This document shows positions 19,795 to 29,580 of a DNA stretch of 54,101 bases, piece by piece. Made by a program: the position numbers and the translations under genes. The DNA comes from Bacteroidales bacterium (GTDB lineage Bacteria > Bacteroidota > Bacteroidia > Bacteroidales > VadinHA17). The stretch is from assembly GCA_041685495.1 (NCBI GenBank), contig JAWLFR010000004.1, forward strand, positions 1 through 54,101. The letters run 5' to 3'. Each line of letters starts with the position of its first letter. The stretch's first letter is position 1. The notes beneath the pieces are model-generated. The model was not told the DNA's origin and made no database searches. It saw only the letters and a program-made list of their open reading frames with translations.

Positions 19795-19813
19795 TTAATA
19801 AATATTATTATCT

Positions 19814-20191
19814 ATGAAAAAAATTATCCATACATCAAAAGCGCCGGCCGCCCTGGGTCCTTACAGCCAGGCTGTTGAGATAAACGGCAGCCTGTATATA
19901 TCCGGACAGGTACCTGTTGATCCCGGGAGCGGAAGAATTGTTGAGGGTGGCATAAAGGAACAAACAGAGCAGGTTATGAAGAATATATCGGCCATACTGA
20001 CGGAAGCCGGCTATTCCTTTGATGATGTTGTGAGTTCAACATGCATGTTGTCTGATATGTCAGATTTTAAGGCTATGAATGCTGTATATGAACGTTTTTA
20101 TGCTGACAACCAGCCTTCGCGTGCAGCCTTTGCAGTTAAGGAACTGCCCCTGGGTGCTCTTATCGAAATAGTAACTGTTGCGGTAAAATAA
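19814..20191 (+). CDS. ridA: RidA/YjgF-family enamine/imine deaminase
   Basis: APAALGPYSQA, SGQVP, conserved Arg in PSRA, LPLGALIEI. Confidence 0.9.
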   Translation: MKKIIHTSKAPAALGPYSQAVEINGSLYISGQVPVDPGSGRIVEGGIKEQTEQVMKNISAILTEAGYSFDDVVSSTCMLSDMSDFKAMNAVYERFYADNQPSRAAFAVKELPLGALIEIVTVAVK

Positions 20192-20206
20192 GATATCCTG
20201 AACATG

Positions 20207-20244
20207 AAAAAAGGGTACCAGACAATTGCCCGGCACCCTTTTTT
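20207..20244 (-). terminator. Intrinsic terminator of the rpsF-rpsR-rplI operon (possibly bidirectional)
   Basis: Minus-strand stem GGGTGCCGGGCA/TGTCTGGTACCC with G-U pairs, flanked by A6/T6. Confidence 0.8.
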
Positions 20245-20261
20245 CCTTAGCATATATTGTA

Positions 20262-20708
20262 TTACTCGGCTATAATATCAAAGTCTATCTCTGCTTTAAC
20301 TTCTTTGTGCAGTTTGACAATTGCCTTGTATTTACCTACTTCTTTTACCTGGTCGCCTTCAATACTTATCTTCTTGCGATCAATATCAAAACCTTCCTTC
20401 TTCAGGGCTTCGGCTATCTGTATGGTATTTACAGATCCGAATATTTTACCCGAACTGCTGGTTTTGGCACCAATGGTAAGTTTAACATCTGAAAGCTTCT
20501 GAGCCATTTCTTCGGCTTCAAGCTTTATCTTTTCTTCCTTATGTGCACGCTGGCGTTTGTTCTCTTCATGAACTTTTTTTGCTGATGCGGTTGCCAGTAT
20601 GGCATGTCCCTGTGGTATAAGGTAGTTACGTGCATAGCCGTCTTTTACCGATACAATCTCGTCCTTATCACCCAGTCCGCTGACATCCTGTTTAAGTATG
20701 ATATCCAT
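20262..20708 (-). CDS. rplI: 50S ribosomal protein bL9
   Basis: VKDGYARNYLIP, GKIFGSV. Confidence 0.98.
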   Translation of the reverse strand: MDIILKQDVSGLGDKDEIVSVKDGYARNYLIPQGHAILATASAKKVHEENKRQRAHKEEKIKLEAEEMAQKLSDVKLTIGAKTSSSGKIFGSVNTIQIAEALKKEGFDIDRKKISIEGDQVKEVGKYKAIVKLHKEVKAEIDFDIIAE

Positions 20709-20726
20709 TTCTATTTCCTCCTCTTT

Positions 20727-20996
20727 TTATTTTAACAGATCAGTTACATATGGTAGCAAGGCCAGATGACGGGCTCTCTTAATCGACTTGGCTACTTTCC
20801 TCTGGTACTTGAGTGATGTACCCGTTATTCTTCTGGGCAGGATCTTACCCTGCTCATTCAAAAATTTCTTCAGGAATTCGGGATCCTTGTAATCAACATA
20901 CTTGATCCTGTTCTTTTTGAAACGGCAGTATTTCTTTTTTTTGATCTCTACCGTCGGGGGCGTTAAATATCTGATTTCTGATTCGTTCTGTGCCAT
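20727..20996 (-). CDS. rpsR: 30S ribosomal protein bS18
   Basis: [27 protein letters not shown]. Confidence 0.98.
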   Translation of the reverse strand: MAQNESEIRYLTPPTVEIKKKKYCRFKKNRIKYVDYKDPEFLKKFLNEQGKILPRRITGTSLKYQRKVAKSIKRARHLALLPYVTDLLK

Positions 20997-20999
20997 AAT

Positions 21000-21353
21000 T
21001 TAGTCCTCCTGGGTTTTTTCTGTTTCTTTCTGCTTTCTTTTCTTTTCTGCATATTTCACTGCATACTTGTTCATCTTAAAGGTAAGGAATCTGATTACTC
21101 TCTCATCCCTCCTGTATTGGATCTCAAGTTTTTCTACCAGTTCACCCGGTCCCCTGAATTCTATCAGGTAATAAAAGCCGGTGGACTTTTTCTGAATGGG
21201 ATAGGCCAGCTTCCTCAGGCCCCAGTTCTCTTCATGAACGATCTCACCTTCATTATCGGTGATAATCTTCTTGAACTTTTGTACCGCTTCCTTCATCTGG
21301 ACCTCAGACAAAACGGGAGTTGCAATGAAAACGGTTTCATACTGATTCAACAT
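21000..21353 (-). CDS. rpsF: 30S ribosomal protein bS6
   Basis: [26 protein letters not shown]. Confidence 0.98.
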   Translation of the reverse strand: MLNQYETVFIATPVLSEVQMKEAVQKFKKIITDNEGEIVHEENWGLRKLAYPIQKKSTGFYYLIEFRGPGELVEKLEIQYRRDERVIRFLTFKMNKYAVKYAEKKRKQKETEKTQED

Positions 21354-21395
21354 AGTTTAATAATTTTTAAATAATTATATAATAAAATCGGGCTG

Positions 21396-21403
21396 CAAAA
21401 ATA
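21396..21403 (-). promoter_or_regulatory. -7 element (TATTTTTG) for the rpsF operon
   Basis: TATTTTTGCAGCC on the minus strand. Confidence 0.6.
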
Positions 21404-21481
21404 TAGTATTTATTCAAATTATCCAATTATCTTACTGATATATTATAGATTAAATAATTAAGAGGGATGTCATTATTTCTT

Positions 21482-21489
21482 ATATTTGT
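21482..21489 (+). promoter_or_regulatory. -7 element (TATATTTG) for dnaX
   Basis: TAnnTTTG 35 nt upstream of ATG. Confidence 0.5.
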
Positions 21490-21524
21490 ATTTTATATGT
21501 CGTGCATCAAAATAGTTTTTTAAA

Positions 21525-23357
21525 ATGGAGAATTTTATTGTTTCTGCAAGGAAATACAGGCCTGTTAAGTTTGATACCGTTGTCGGGCAGGAAGCCATCA
21601 CATCAACACTCAAGAATGCCATTAAGACAAATCACCTTGCACAGGCCTATCTTTTCTGCGGACCCAGGGGAGTGGGAAAAACTACCTGTGCACGCATACT
21701 GGCAAAAACCATTAACTGCCAGGACCTTGGTGAAGATACGGAAGCCTGCGGCAAATGCGAATCCTGCCTGGCATTTGACAGTTCAAGGTCTTATAATATA
21801 CACGAACTGGATGCTGCTTCAAATAATAAGGTTGATGATATCAGGACACTTACCGACCAGGTAAAAATACCACCCCAGCTTGGCCGCTATTCGGTATATA
21901 TAATAGATGAGGTACATATGCTCAGTACCTCGGCCTTTAATGCTTTCCTGAAAACACTTGAAGAGCCACCGCCTCATGCGGTGTTCATACTGGCTACAAC
22001 AGAGAAGCAGAAAATAATACCCACAATACTTTCCAGGTGCCAGATATTTGATTTTCACAGGATAACCATAGATGATATAGTCAAAAGACTGATGTTTGTT
22101 GCCGGAAGGGAAGGTGTTGAAGTAGAGCAGGAAGCATTGCAGATAATCGCACAAAAATCGGACGGTGCCATGAGGGATGCCCTGTCAATACTCGACCAGA
22201 TAGTGAGCTATACGGGCAAAAAAATCACCTATGCCGATGTAATTGAAAACCTGAACGTACTCGATTATGAGTATTACCTGAAGGCAACGGATGCATTCCT
22301 GTCAGGTGATGTTTCAAGCGCCCTGCTGCTATTTAATGATGTTCTGGAGAAAGGCTTTGACGGCCATAATTTTATTGCAGGCTTAAGCAGTCATTTCCGT
22401 AACCTTCTTGTATGCAAGGATGAGGCAACTCTTAAGCTGGTGGAGGCAGGCTCGGCAATAAGGGATAAGTACAGGGAACAAACACTGAGATGTCCGCTGG
22501 CTTTTCTTTATCGCGGACTCGACATATTATCTGCTGCCGATATTAATTTTAAGTCCAGTAAGAACCAAAAACTGCATGTGGAGCTGGCTCTGATAAGACT
22601 GGCTGTGCTTAATACTGACACTGGCAGTGAAGGCGGATCAACCAGTCCCGTAAAAGACAGGCAGGATAATGAAGCTTACGGAAAAAGAAAAAACGCAGGT
22701 CCGGAAACAGTGTCCGGCACAAAAACAGGAACCGGTCCGGAAACAGTACCCGGCACAAAAACAGGAACCGGTCCGGAAACAGTGTCCGGCACAAATACAG
22801 GAACGGGGCTAAATACAGTAAGGGAAAAAAGGACAGCCGGAGGGGCGGTGAAGGCAGAAGAGAGGCAGGGACAGGCATCAAGATCATTTTCTATCAGGGA
22901 CAACCTGAAAAAACAGCAAGAGAAGGACAATGTGGAAAAGGTTGATGAGAAGGCTGATGATTACGGCAGTGATGATAGTGTTCCGGCTGATAATAAATTC
23001 GGAAAGGAGGAGCTTGTTGAAGCATGGAATAGTTTTGGTGACAGGATCAGGTCCGGCAATCCACGCATGTCAAGCATAATAAAGGCTATGAAACCTGAAA
23101 TTGAGGATGAAACCAGGATAGTGTTGCAACTCAGTAATAAGGCACAAAAAGATTATTTTGATCAGAAATACAAACAGGATCTTATAAAACATCTTGTCAG
23201 AGAACTGTCTAATTCGAAAATCCGGTTCATGACCAGGGTAAGTGATAAACAGGATGAGCAGACACCCTATACCGATGAGGAGAAATTTAAACACATGTCC
23301 CGTAAAAATCCCGCCCTTGATAAACTAAAGGATGAGTTCGGGCTTGACTATGACTGA
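21525..23357 (+). CDS. dnaX: DNA polymerase III subunit gamma/tau
   Basis: ARKYRP, GPRGVGKTT, Zn cysteines, IIDEVHML, LKTLEEPP, SRCQ. Confidence 0.98.
   Translation: MENFIVSARKYRPVKFDTVVGQEAITSTLKNAIKTNHLAQAYLFCGPRGVGKTTCARILAKTINCQDLGEDTEACGKCESCLAFDSSRSYNIHELDAASNNKVDDIRTLTDQVKIPPQLGRYSVYIIDEVHMLSTSAFNAFLKTLEEPPPHAVFILATTEKQKIIPTILSRCQIFDFHRITIDDIVKRLMFVAGREGVEVEQEALQIIAQKSDGAMRDALSILDQIVSYTGKKITYADVIENLNVLDYEYYLKATDAFLSGDVSSALLLFNDVLEKGFDGHNFIAGLSSHFRNLLVCKDEATLKLVEAGSAIRDKYREQTLRCPLAFLYRGLDILSAADINFKSSKNQKLHVELALIRLAVLNTDTGSEGGSTSPVKDRQDNEAYGKRKNAGPETVSGTKTGTGPETVPGTKTGTGPETVSGTNTGTGLNTVREKRTAGGAVKAEERQGQASRSFSIRDNLKKQQEKDNVEKVDEKADDYGSDDSVPADNKFGKEELVEAWNSFGDRIRSGNPRMSSIIKAMKPEIEDETRIVLQLSNKAQKDYFDQKYKQDLIKHLVRELSNSKIRFMTRVSDKQDEQTPYTDEEKFKHMSRKNPALDKLKDEFGLDYD
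22698..22805 (+). repeat. 3 x 36-bp tandem repeat in the dnaX linker (GPETVSGTKTGT)
   Basis: Units at 22698-22733, 22734-22769 and 22770-22805, each with 2 or fewer mismatches to unit 1. Confidence 0.95.
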
Positions 23358-23359
23358 TA

Positions 23360-24865
23360 ATGGCCAGTAAGCTGTCTGAAGAAATACTGCATTTTTTGAT
23401 TGATAATTCTGATTCAATGATCAGTATTATCAACAGTGAGCTCAAATATGAGAAAGTAAATGATTCTTTTTGCCGCAATTTCTCTAAGAACAGGGAGGAA
23501 CTTACAGGAAAGAGTCCCTCTGAAATTTGGGGAGGAAAGATATACAGGGAAAAAATACAGCCTAATATTGAACGCAGCCTTAAGGGAGAGAAAGTGCAGT
23601 ACAGGTCATTCTTTGATATTTCAGGGACAGGGGGCAGGTTTTATGAAGTGACATACAAACCTTTTAAAAGTAGTAATACAAAACTGAATTATACTATTGT
23701 TGAAACCAGGAGTCTGGGGGATGATAAGGCAGGAGATCAGGGAGCAGGAGAGAAAGAACAAAAAAACCGCTTCCTGGGAAAGCAGCTGCCTTTCGGTATA
23801 TTTGCCTGTACGCGTGACGGGCTTATTACTGAAGCCAATGAAACATTCTATAATATCCTGGAGCTGGAAAGGAAGAGCGGGCTGCAGGTGAGATTCAGTG
23901 ATTTTACCAGTAAAGATTATCGTTTTTTTGAGCATATAAGATCAGATGAGGCAGGCGAAACCGCTACCTTCAGCCGGGTACAGATGTTTACTGCAGGGAG
24001 TAAAGAGATTTTTACAAGGGTAAGCAGTTTTGTCAGGGAAGATACCGGATGTGGTCATATTATAGAAGGAACCCTTGAGGATATTACAAGGGAAGTGATA
24101 CTTGAAAGAAGACTTTCCCGGGCACAGCGCATTGAAACACTGGGAACACTGGCTGGAGGGATAGCTCATGATTTTAATACCATTCTTACAACTATATCAG
24201 GATATTCAGAAATGACTATGGAGGAGGCAGGGAAAGGATCGCCTGTCTATGATTATATGAGCAGCCAGATAAAGGCTGTGCGCAAAGCCGGTGATATAAT
24301 AAACCAGATGCTGCTGTTTAGTAAGCAGCATGACCTTCATTATGTGCCTGTGGAGCCTGTTAAGGTACTTGAGGAGGCAGTGGATTTTATTATATCATCT
24401 TTGCCTGACGGTATAAGTCTAAAAAAGGATTACAGGGAGTTTGAAGGGCTTGTGCATGGCGATCCAACCCAGCTGTTCAGGGTTTTTATGAATATAATGA
24501 CCAATGCCATACAGGCAATGGAGACTAAAGGCGGTGTTTTGAGTGTTGGGCTGTCCTGCCCATGCTCCGGTGGTGATAGATATGTTGATATAGTGTTTGG
24601 GGATACCGGAACAGGTATCAATCCGGCTGTTATAGACAGGATTTTTGAGCCTTTTTTTACAACCAGGGAAGTGGATAAAGGCACCGGAATGGGCCTTGCA
24701 GTGTCTTATGGAATAGTAAATGCAATGGAAGGTGAAATAAATGTGGAAAGCCGTGAGGGAGAAGGCTCGGTGTTCACCGTGAGGATACCGTTATATGATG
24801 AACAGGAAGGAGAGCTCAGGAAGGGTGACAGGGACCTGGAAAACAAACAGGGAGGTCCGGGATAA
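23360..24865 (+). CDS. Cytoplasmic PAS-domain sensor histidine kinase
   Basis: Two PAS-like segments; H-box GGIAHDFN; N, G1 (DTGTGI), F (IFEPFFTT) and G2 (GTGMGL) boxes; no TM. Confidence 0.92.
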   Translation: MASKLSEEILHFLIDNSDSMISIINSELKYEKVNDSFCRNFSKNREELTGKSPSEIWGGKIYREKIQPNIERSLKGEKVQYRSFFDISGTGGRFYEVTYKPFKSSNTKLNYTIVETRSLGDDKAGDQGAGEKEQKNRFLGKQLPFGIFACTRDGLITEANETFYNILELERKSGLQVRFSDFTSKDYRFFEHIRSDEAGETATFSRVQMFTAGSKEIFTRVSSFVREDTGCGHIIEGTLEDITREVILERRLSRAQRIETLGTLAGGIAHDFNTILTTISGYSEMTMEEAGKGSPVYDYMSSQIKAVRKAGDIINQMLLFSKQHDLHYVPVEPVKVLEEAVDFIISSLPDGISLKKDYREFEGLVHGDPTQLFRVFMNIMTNAIQAMETKGGVLSVGLSCPCSGGDRYVDIVFGDTGTGINPAVIDRIFEPFFTTREVDKGTGMGLAVSYGIVNAMEGEINVESREGEGSVFTVRIPLYDEQEGELRKGDRDLENKQGGPG

Positions 24866-24995
24866 AGAGAATTATAATCAGTCAGGAGGACACAGCCCCT
24901 GGCAGTGAAGCCCGGTGTGATGAGTTCCTTTATTATTGGGTGCTCAATAAGCCCCTGACGCTTAAAGATATACTGAATAAATTAAACTAGATATT

Positions 24996-25373
24996 ATGGC
25001 GGGAATTTTACTGGTGGAAGATAATGAGGACCTTCGCACAATGCTTAAGCAGTCGCTGGAGAAGCGGAACCATAAAATAATTGAGGCATCAAACGGCAGG
25101 GAGGCTGTTAATAAGTTTAAGTCTGTTATGACTGACCTGGTAATAACTGATATCTTAATGCCCGAACAGGATGGTATAGGGCTTATTATGGAACTGAAAA
25201 AGGTAAAGCCTGAATTATTTATTATTGCAATCTCAGGTGGCGGCAAAATTGGCCCTTCAAATTATCTTGATATTGCCAGAACCCTGGGTGCGGATGCAGT
25301 CTTTCCCAAACCCTTCAATATCAATCATCTTATTGATGAAGTTGAGAATCTGACAGGTTCCCTGGATTCTTAA
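24996..25373 (+). CDS. Single-domain response regulator (receiver only)
   Basis: ILLVEDN, TDILMP (phospho-Asp), ISGG, KPF. Confidence 0.93.
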   Translation: MAGILLVEDNEDLRTMLKQSLEKRNHKIIEASNGREAVNKFKSVMTDLVITDILMPEQDGIGLIMELKKVKPELFIIAISGGGKIGPSNYLDIARTLGADAVFPKPFNINHLIDEVENLTGSLDS

Positions 25374-25447
25374 TAAGCACGTGAGTGAACCATTGAAGAA
25401 GGAACTTGTTATTTATATAAACCATATTATTTAACCTTAAAAATTAT

Positions 25448-25957
25448 TTGAAAATGCTTAAAAAATCTATTGAAGACCTGTTAAACAGGCAGGTTGAACG
25501 AGAAGGATACAGTGCCATACTTTATCTTGCTATGGCCTCATGGACAGAGACAAAGGGCTACGGTGGAGTAGCCGATTGGCTTTATGCCCAGGCAGAGGAA
25601 GAGAAGATGCATATGCTTAAGATAATCAGATATATCAACGAAAGGGAAGGCAAAGCTGTTATTCCTTCCTTTGACAAACCGCCTGCTGATTTTGATGGAT
25701 TAAAAGTTATGTTTGACCAGGTGCTTGAGCACGAAAAGTATATATCCGAAAGTATAAACGAAATTGTGGCCCTGACGGTGAAAGAGAATGATTATGCCAC
25801 TAATAACTGGTTACAGTGGTTCGTGGCTGAACAGGTAGAAGAAGAGTCTTCATCACAGGCTATTATTGATAAGCTTAATCTTGTGGGCGATCATAATCTT
25901 TATATGTTTGACAGGGATATTATGTCCATGAGAGCCGGAGAAGAAGGCGAAGAATAA
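25448..25957 (+). CDS. ftn: Non-heme ferritin
   Basis: YLAMASW, EEEKMHM, EHE, WFVAEQVEEE ferroxidase residues; start TTG 25448 or ATG 25454. Confidence 0.93.
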   Translation: MKMLKKSIEDLLNRQVEREGYSAILYLAMASWTETKGYGGVADWLYAQAEEEKMHMLKIIRYINEREGKAVIPSFDKPPADFDGLKVMFDQVLEHEKYISESINEIVALTVKENDYATNNWLQWFVAEQVEEESSSQAIIDKLNLVGDHNLYMFDRDIMSMRAGEEGEE

Positions 25958-26045
25958 GGCTGTACATATAAGGTCTGACTTTGTATACTTCCGGAATACA
26001 AAAGAATAATAAAGGCAGTATCATATGAAAGGGCCGGGCCGTAGC

Positions 26046-26072
26046 AGGGATCCATTGAGGATCCCTTTTTTT
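26046..26072 (+). terminator. Intrinsic terminator downstream of ferritin
   Basis: AGGGATCC-attga-GGATCCCT followed by a T-run. Confidence 0.85.
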
Positions 26073-26168
26073 ATGCTTTGCAGGGATAAAGGGCTGTCCA
26101 TGGTACAGGCATATTCAGAGCTGTGATAAAAGCCTTCGCCTTTCTTTTTATTATACGGAAAAACAAGT

Positions 26169-26176
26169 TAATTTTG
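26169..26176 (+). promoter_or_regulatory. -7 element (TAATTTTG) for secA
   Basis: TAnnTTTG 60 nt upstream of ATG. Confidence 0.45.
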
Positions 26177-26236
26177 TTGCTTGTCCTATGATTGGTATAT
26201 TGAGGACGGAAGAGGCAAATAAGAAATGTTAATAAG

Positions 26237-29200
26237 ATGAGTATAATAAATAAAGTACTGGGTGTTTTTCTTGGTAACAAGTATGAGCGGGACCTGAAGG
26301 AGATGACACCTTTTGCGGATATGGTAAAGGCTGAATTTGAGAAACTGGATTCCATCAGCAATGACGAACTGCGTTCACTGACATATAAGCTTAAGGAGAA
26401 GATCAGGGAATCACTGAAGGAAGAGGAGTCACAGATAGAAGAACTCAGGAAGCAAGCCGCTGCTGAAGATGATATTGTCAGCAAGGAAGGAAAGTTTGAT
26501 GAGATTGACAGGATAGAGGAAGATATTGACAAAAAGCTGGAGGTAATACTTGATGAGCTGTTGCCACAGGCTTTTGCCATAGTGAAGGAGACGGCACGCC
26601 GTTTTAATGATAACGAAGAGCTGGAAGTGACTGCCACCGATTTTGACCGCGACCTGGCGGCCGGGAGAGACAGTATAGTTATAAAAGGAGATAAGGCATA
26701 CTGGAAAAACAGGTGGATAGCAGGAGGCACCGAGATAGTGTGGGATATGGTACATTATGACGTACAGCTTATCGGAGGTGTGGCACTGCATAAGGGAAGG
26801 ATAGCCGAGATGGCCACGGGTGAAGGGAAGACCCTGGTTGCCACCCTGCCGGTTTTTCTGAATGCTATAACAGGACGTGGGGTTCACCTTGTGACCGTTA
26901 ACGATTACCTTGCCCGCAGGGATGCTGAATGGATGGGACCTATCTATGAGTTTCACGGTCTTACCGTAGACTGTATTGATAAGCATGAACCTAATTCGGC
27001 ATCGCGTCGCAAGGCTTATATGGCTGATATAACCTTTGGCACCAATAACGAATTCGGATTTGATTACCTGAGGGATAATATGTCAATTAACCCTGAAGAC
27101 CTTGTACAGAGAAAACATAATTATGCCATTGTTGATGAGGTCGACTCCGTTCTTATTGATGATGCCCGTACACCGCTGATTATATCGGGACCCACAGCCA
27201 AAAGTGACACCCAGCAATTCGATGAGCTGAAGCCCATGGTGGAAAAGCTGGTGAGCGCGCAGAGGAAGCTGGTGACGCAGGTGCTGGCGGATGCAAAGCG
27301 TCATATCAATGAGGATGACAGGGAAAAGGGCGGTTTTTTCCTGCTCAGGGCATTTAAGGGTCTTCCCAAAAACAGCGCAATAATAAAATTTCTGAGTGAG
27401 GAAGGGATGAAATCACTGCTGCTGAAGACCGAAAATTTCTATATGCAGAATAATAGTAAGGAGATGCCCAAGGTGACGGAAGCCCTTTATTTTATTATAG
27501 ATGAAAAAAATAATTCCATTGAGCTGACCGAAAAGGGTCTTGACCTGATATCCACCTCGGTGGAGAATGCCAGCTTCTTTGTTTTACCCGATGTGGGTAA
27601 CGAGATTGCCGAGATAGAAAAATCGGAACTGACTGAGAAGGAGAAATTTAAGGCCAAGGATGAACTGCTGCAGGATTTCTCGGTTAAGAGTGAACGTGTG
27701 CACACCATGAACCAGCTGCTTAAGGCATATACACTCTTTGAAAAGGATGTTGAATACGTTGTTATCGATAATAAGGTTAAGATTGTTGATGAGCAGACAG
27801 GCAGGATAATGGAGGGAAGACGTTATTCGGACGGACTGCACCAGGCCATAGAAGCAAAGGAGAGGGTTAAGGTGGAGGCATCCACCCAGACCTTTGCCAC
27901 CGTAACACTGCAGAACTATTTCCGCATGTATCATAAGCTGGCCGGTATGACTGGTACGGCCGAGACAGAAGCAGGTGAGTTCTGGGATATCTATAAGCTG
28001 GATGTAATGGTTATTCCCACCAATGAGCCCATTATAAGAGATGACATGCAGGATATGGTTTATAAAACCAGGCGTGAGAAGTTCAATGCGGCTATTGATG
28101 AGATACTTGAGCTTAACAGGAAAGGGCGTCCCGTCCTTGTAGGTACCACCTCGGTGGAGATATCCGAGCTCTTAAGCAGGATGCTGAACATGAAGGGTAT
28201 AAAGCATAATGTGCTGAATGCCAAAAAGCACGCCCGTGAAGCTGATATTGTTGCAGAGGCAGGGCAGGAGGGTGCCGTTACCATTGCTACCAATATGGCC
28301 GGCAGGGGAACTGATATTAAGCTGACCCCGAAAGTAAGAGAGGTAGGCGGACTGGCAATAATAGGCACGGAAAGACATGAGTCGAGGCGTGTAGACCGCC
28401 AGCTGAGAGGACGTGCAGGCAGGCAGGGCGATCCGGGCTCTTCACAGTTTTATGTATCACTTGAAGATGACCTGATGCGGCTCTTTGGTTCAGAAAGAAT
28501 ATCAGGGGTAATGGATAAGCTTGGATTGCGCGAGGGTGAGATGATTCAGCATCCAATGATCTCCAAATCAATTGAGAGGGCGCAGAAAAAGGTAGAGGAG
28601 AATAATTTTGGTATACGTAAAAGGCTGCTTGAATATGATGATGTGATGAACAGCCAGAGAGAGGTGATATATAAGAGGCGCCGACATGCTTTGCAGGGAT
28701 CACGCCTCAGCGTTGACATAGCAAATATGATATATGACGTATCGGAGCATATAGTTAATACCTACCATCCTGATGCTGATTATGAGAATTTCAGTATTGA
28801 CCTGCTGAGGTCCTTCTCAATGGAGTCGCCGGTGGACGAAAAGGAATTCCTTAAGATAAACCCGGATGAGCTTATAGAGATGCTTAATAATAATGTCATT
28901 GAAAGCTATAAACGAAAGGTAGACAAGATATCGGCGGATGCTTATCCTGTTATAGAGGATGTTTATGAGAAGCAGGCTCATGTTTATGAAAATGTTGTTG
29001 TGCCTGTATCTGACGGTACAAAGGTTTACCAGGTGATCACCAATCTGAAAGCAACAGTTGAGTCTGAAGGTAAAGAGCTGGCACGCTCATATGAAAAGAC
29101 AGTGGTCCTTGCAACAATTGATGAGCTGTGGAAGGAGCATCTCAGGGAGATGGATGAGCTCAAGCAGTCGGTTCAGAACGCAACATATGAGCAGAAAGAT

Positions 29201-29572
29201 CCCTTACTTATATATAAGTTTGAGTCTTTTGAACTGTTCAAGTCAATGATAGAGAGGGTAAACAAAAATGTTATATCCACTCTTATGAAGGGACATATAC
29301 CCAGTCCTGATCCGGATCAGGTGAGGGAAGCAGAACGCAGGAGGAGAACCGATATGAGCCGTTACCGTGCTTCAAAAAGCGACTATTCGTCATACAGTGA
29401 CAGTTCCGGTGGTGGAGGCCAGGCTGACAGGCCACAGAAAGCTGAACCAGTACGGGTTGAAAAGAAAGTGGGCCGTAATGACCCCTGTCCCTGCGGCAGC
29501 GGCAGGAAATACAAGCACTGTCATGGCAGGGTGGAACCAACGGCACCCACACAAGCCCGCGATAGTGTGTAA
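26237..29572 (+). CDS. secA: Preprotein translocase SecA
   Basis: [32 protein letters not shown]-terminal [13 protein letters not shown]. Confidence 0.98.
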   Translation: MSIINKVLGVFLGNKYERDLKEMTPFADMVKAEFEKLDSISNDELRSLTYKLKEKIRESLKEEESQIEELRKQAAAEDDIVSKEGKFDEIDRIEEDIDKKLEVILDELLPQAFAIVKETARRFNDNEELEVTATDFDRDLAAGRDSIVIKGDKAYWKNRWIAGGTEIVWDMVHYDVQLIGGVALHKGRIAEMATGEGKTLVATLPVFLNAITGRGVHLVTVNDYLARRDAEWMGPIYEFHGLTVDCIDKHEPNSASRRKAYMADITFGTNNEFGFDYLRDNMSINPEDLVQRKHNYAIVDEVDSVLIDDARTPLIISGPTAKSDTQQFDELKPMVEKLVSAQRKLVTQVLADAKRHINEDDREKGGFFLLRAFKGLPKNSAIIKFLSEEGMKSLLLKTENFYMQNNSKEMPKVTEALYFIIDEKNNSIELTEKGLDLISTSVENASFFVLPDVGNEIAEIEKSELTEKEKFKAKDELLQDFSVKSERVHTMNQLLKAYTLFEKDVEYVVIDNKVKIVDEQTGRIMEGRRYSDGLHQAIEAKERVKVEASTQTFATVTLQNYFRMYHKLAGMTGTAETEAGEFWDIYKLDVMVIPTNEPIIRDDMQDMVYKTRREKFNAAIDEILELNRKGRPVLVGTTSVEISELLSRMLNMKGIKHNVLNAKKHAREADIVAEAGQEGAVTIATNMAGRGTDIKLTPKVREVGGLAIIGTERHESRRVDRQLRGRAGRQGDPGSSQFYVSLEDDLMRLFGSERISGVMDKLGLREGEMIQHPMISKSIERAQKKVEENNFGIRKRLLEYDDVMNSQREVIYKRRRHALQGSRLSVDIANMIYDVSEHIVNTYHPDADYENFSIDLLRSFSMESPVDEKEFLKINPDELIEMLNNNVIESYKRKVDKISADAYPVIEDVYEKQAHVYENVVVPVSDGTKVYQVITNLKATVESEGKELARSYEKTVVLATIDELWKEHLREMDELKQSVQNATYEQKDPLLIYKFESFELFKSMIERVNKNVISTLMKGHIPSPDPDQVREAERRRRTDMSRYRASKSDYSSYSDSSGGGGQADRPQKAEPVRVEKKVGRNDPCPCGSGRKYKHCHGRVEPTAPTQARDSV

Positions 29573-29580
29573 GCTGGCTC

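Noticed and set aside
22698-22805. 36-bp repeats as a possible CRISPR array
   Set aside because: The units are contiguous with no spacers, lie in frame inside dnaX, and there are no cas genes
26071-26730. 219-aa Ser-rich antisense ORF, and similar ones at 31118-31669, 38310-38783, 52856-53437 and 51722-52186
   Set aside because: Shadows opposite well-supported genes; composition reflects reverse-complemented codons and shows no motifs
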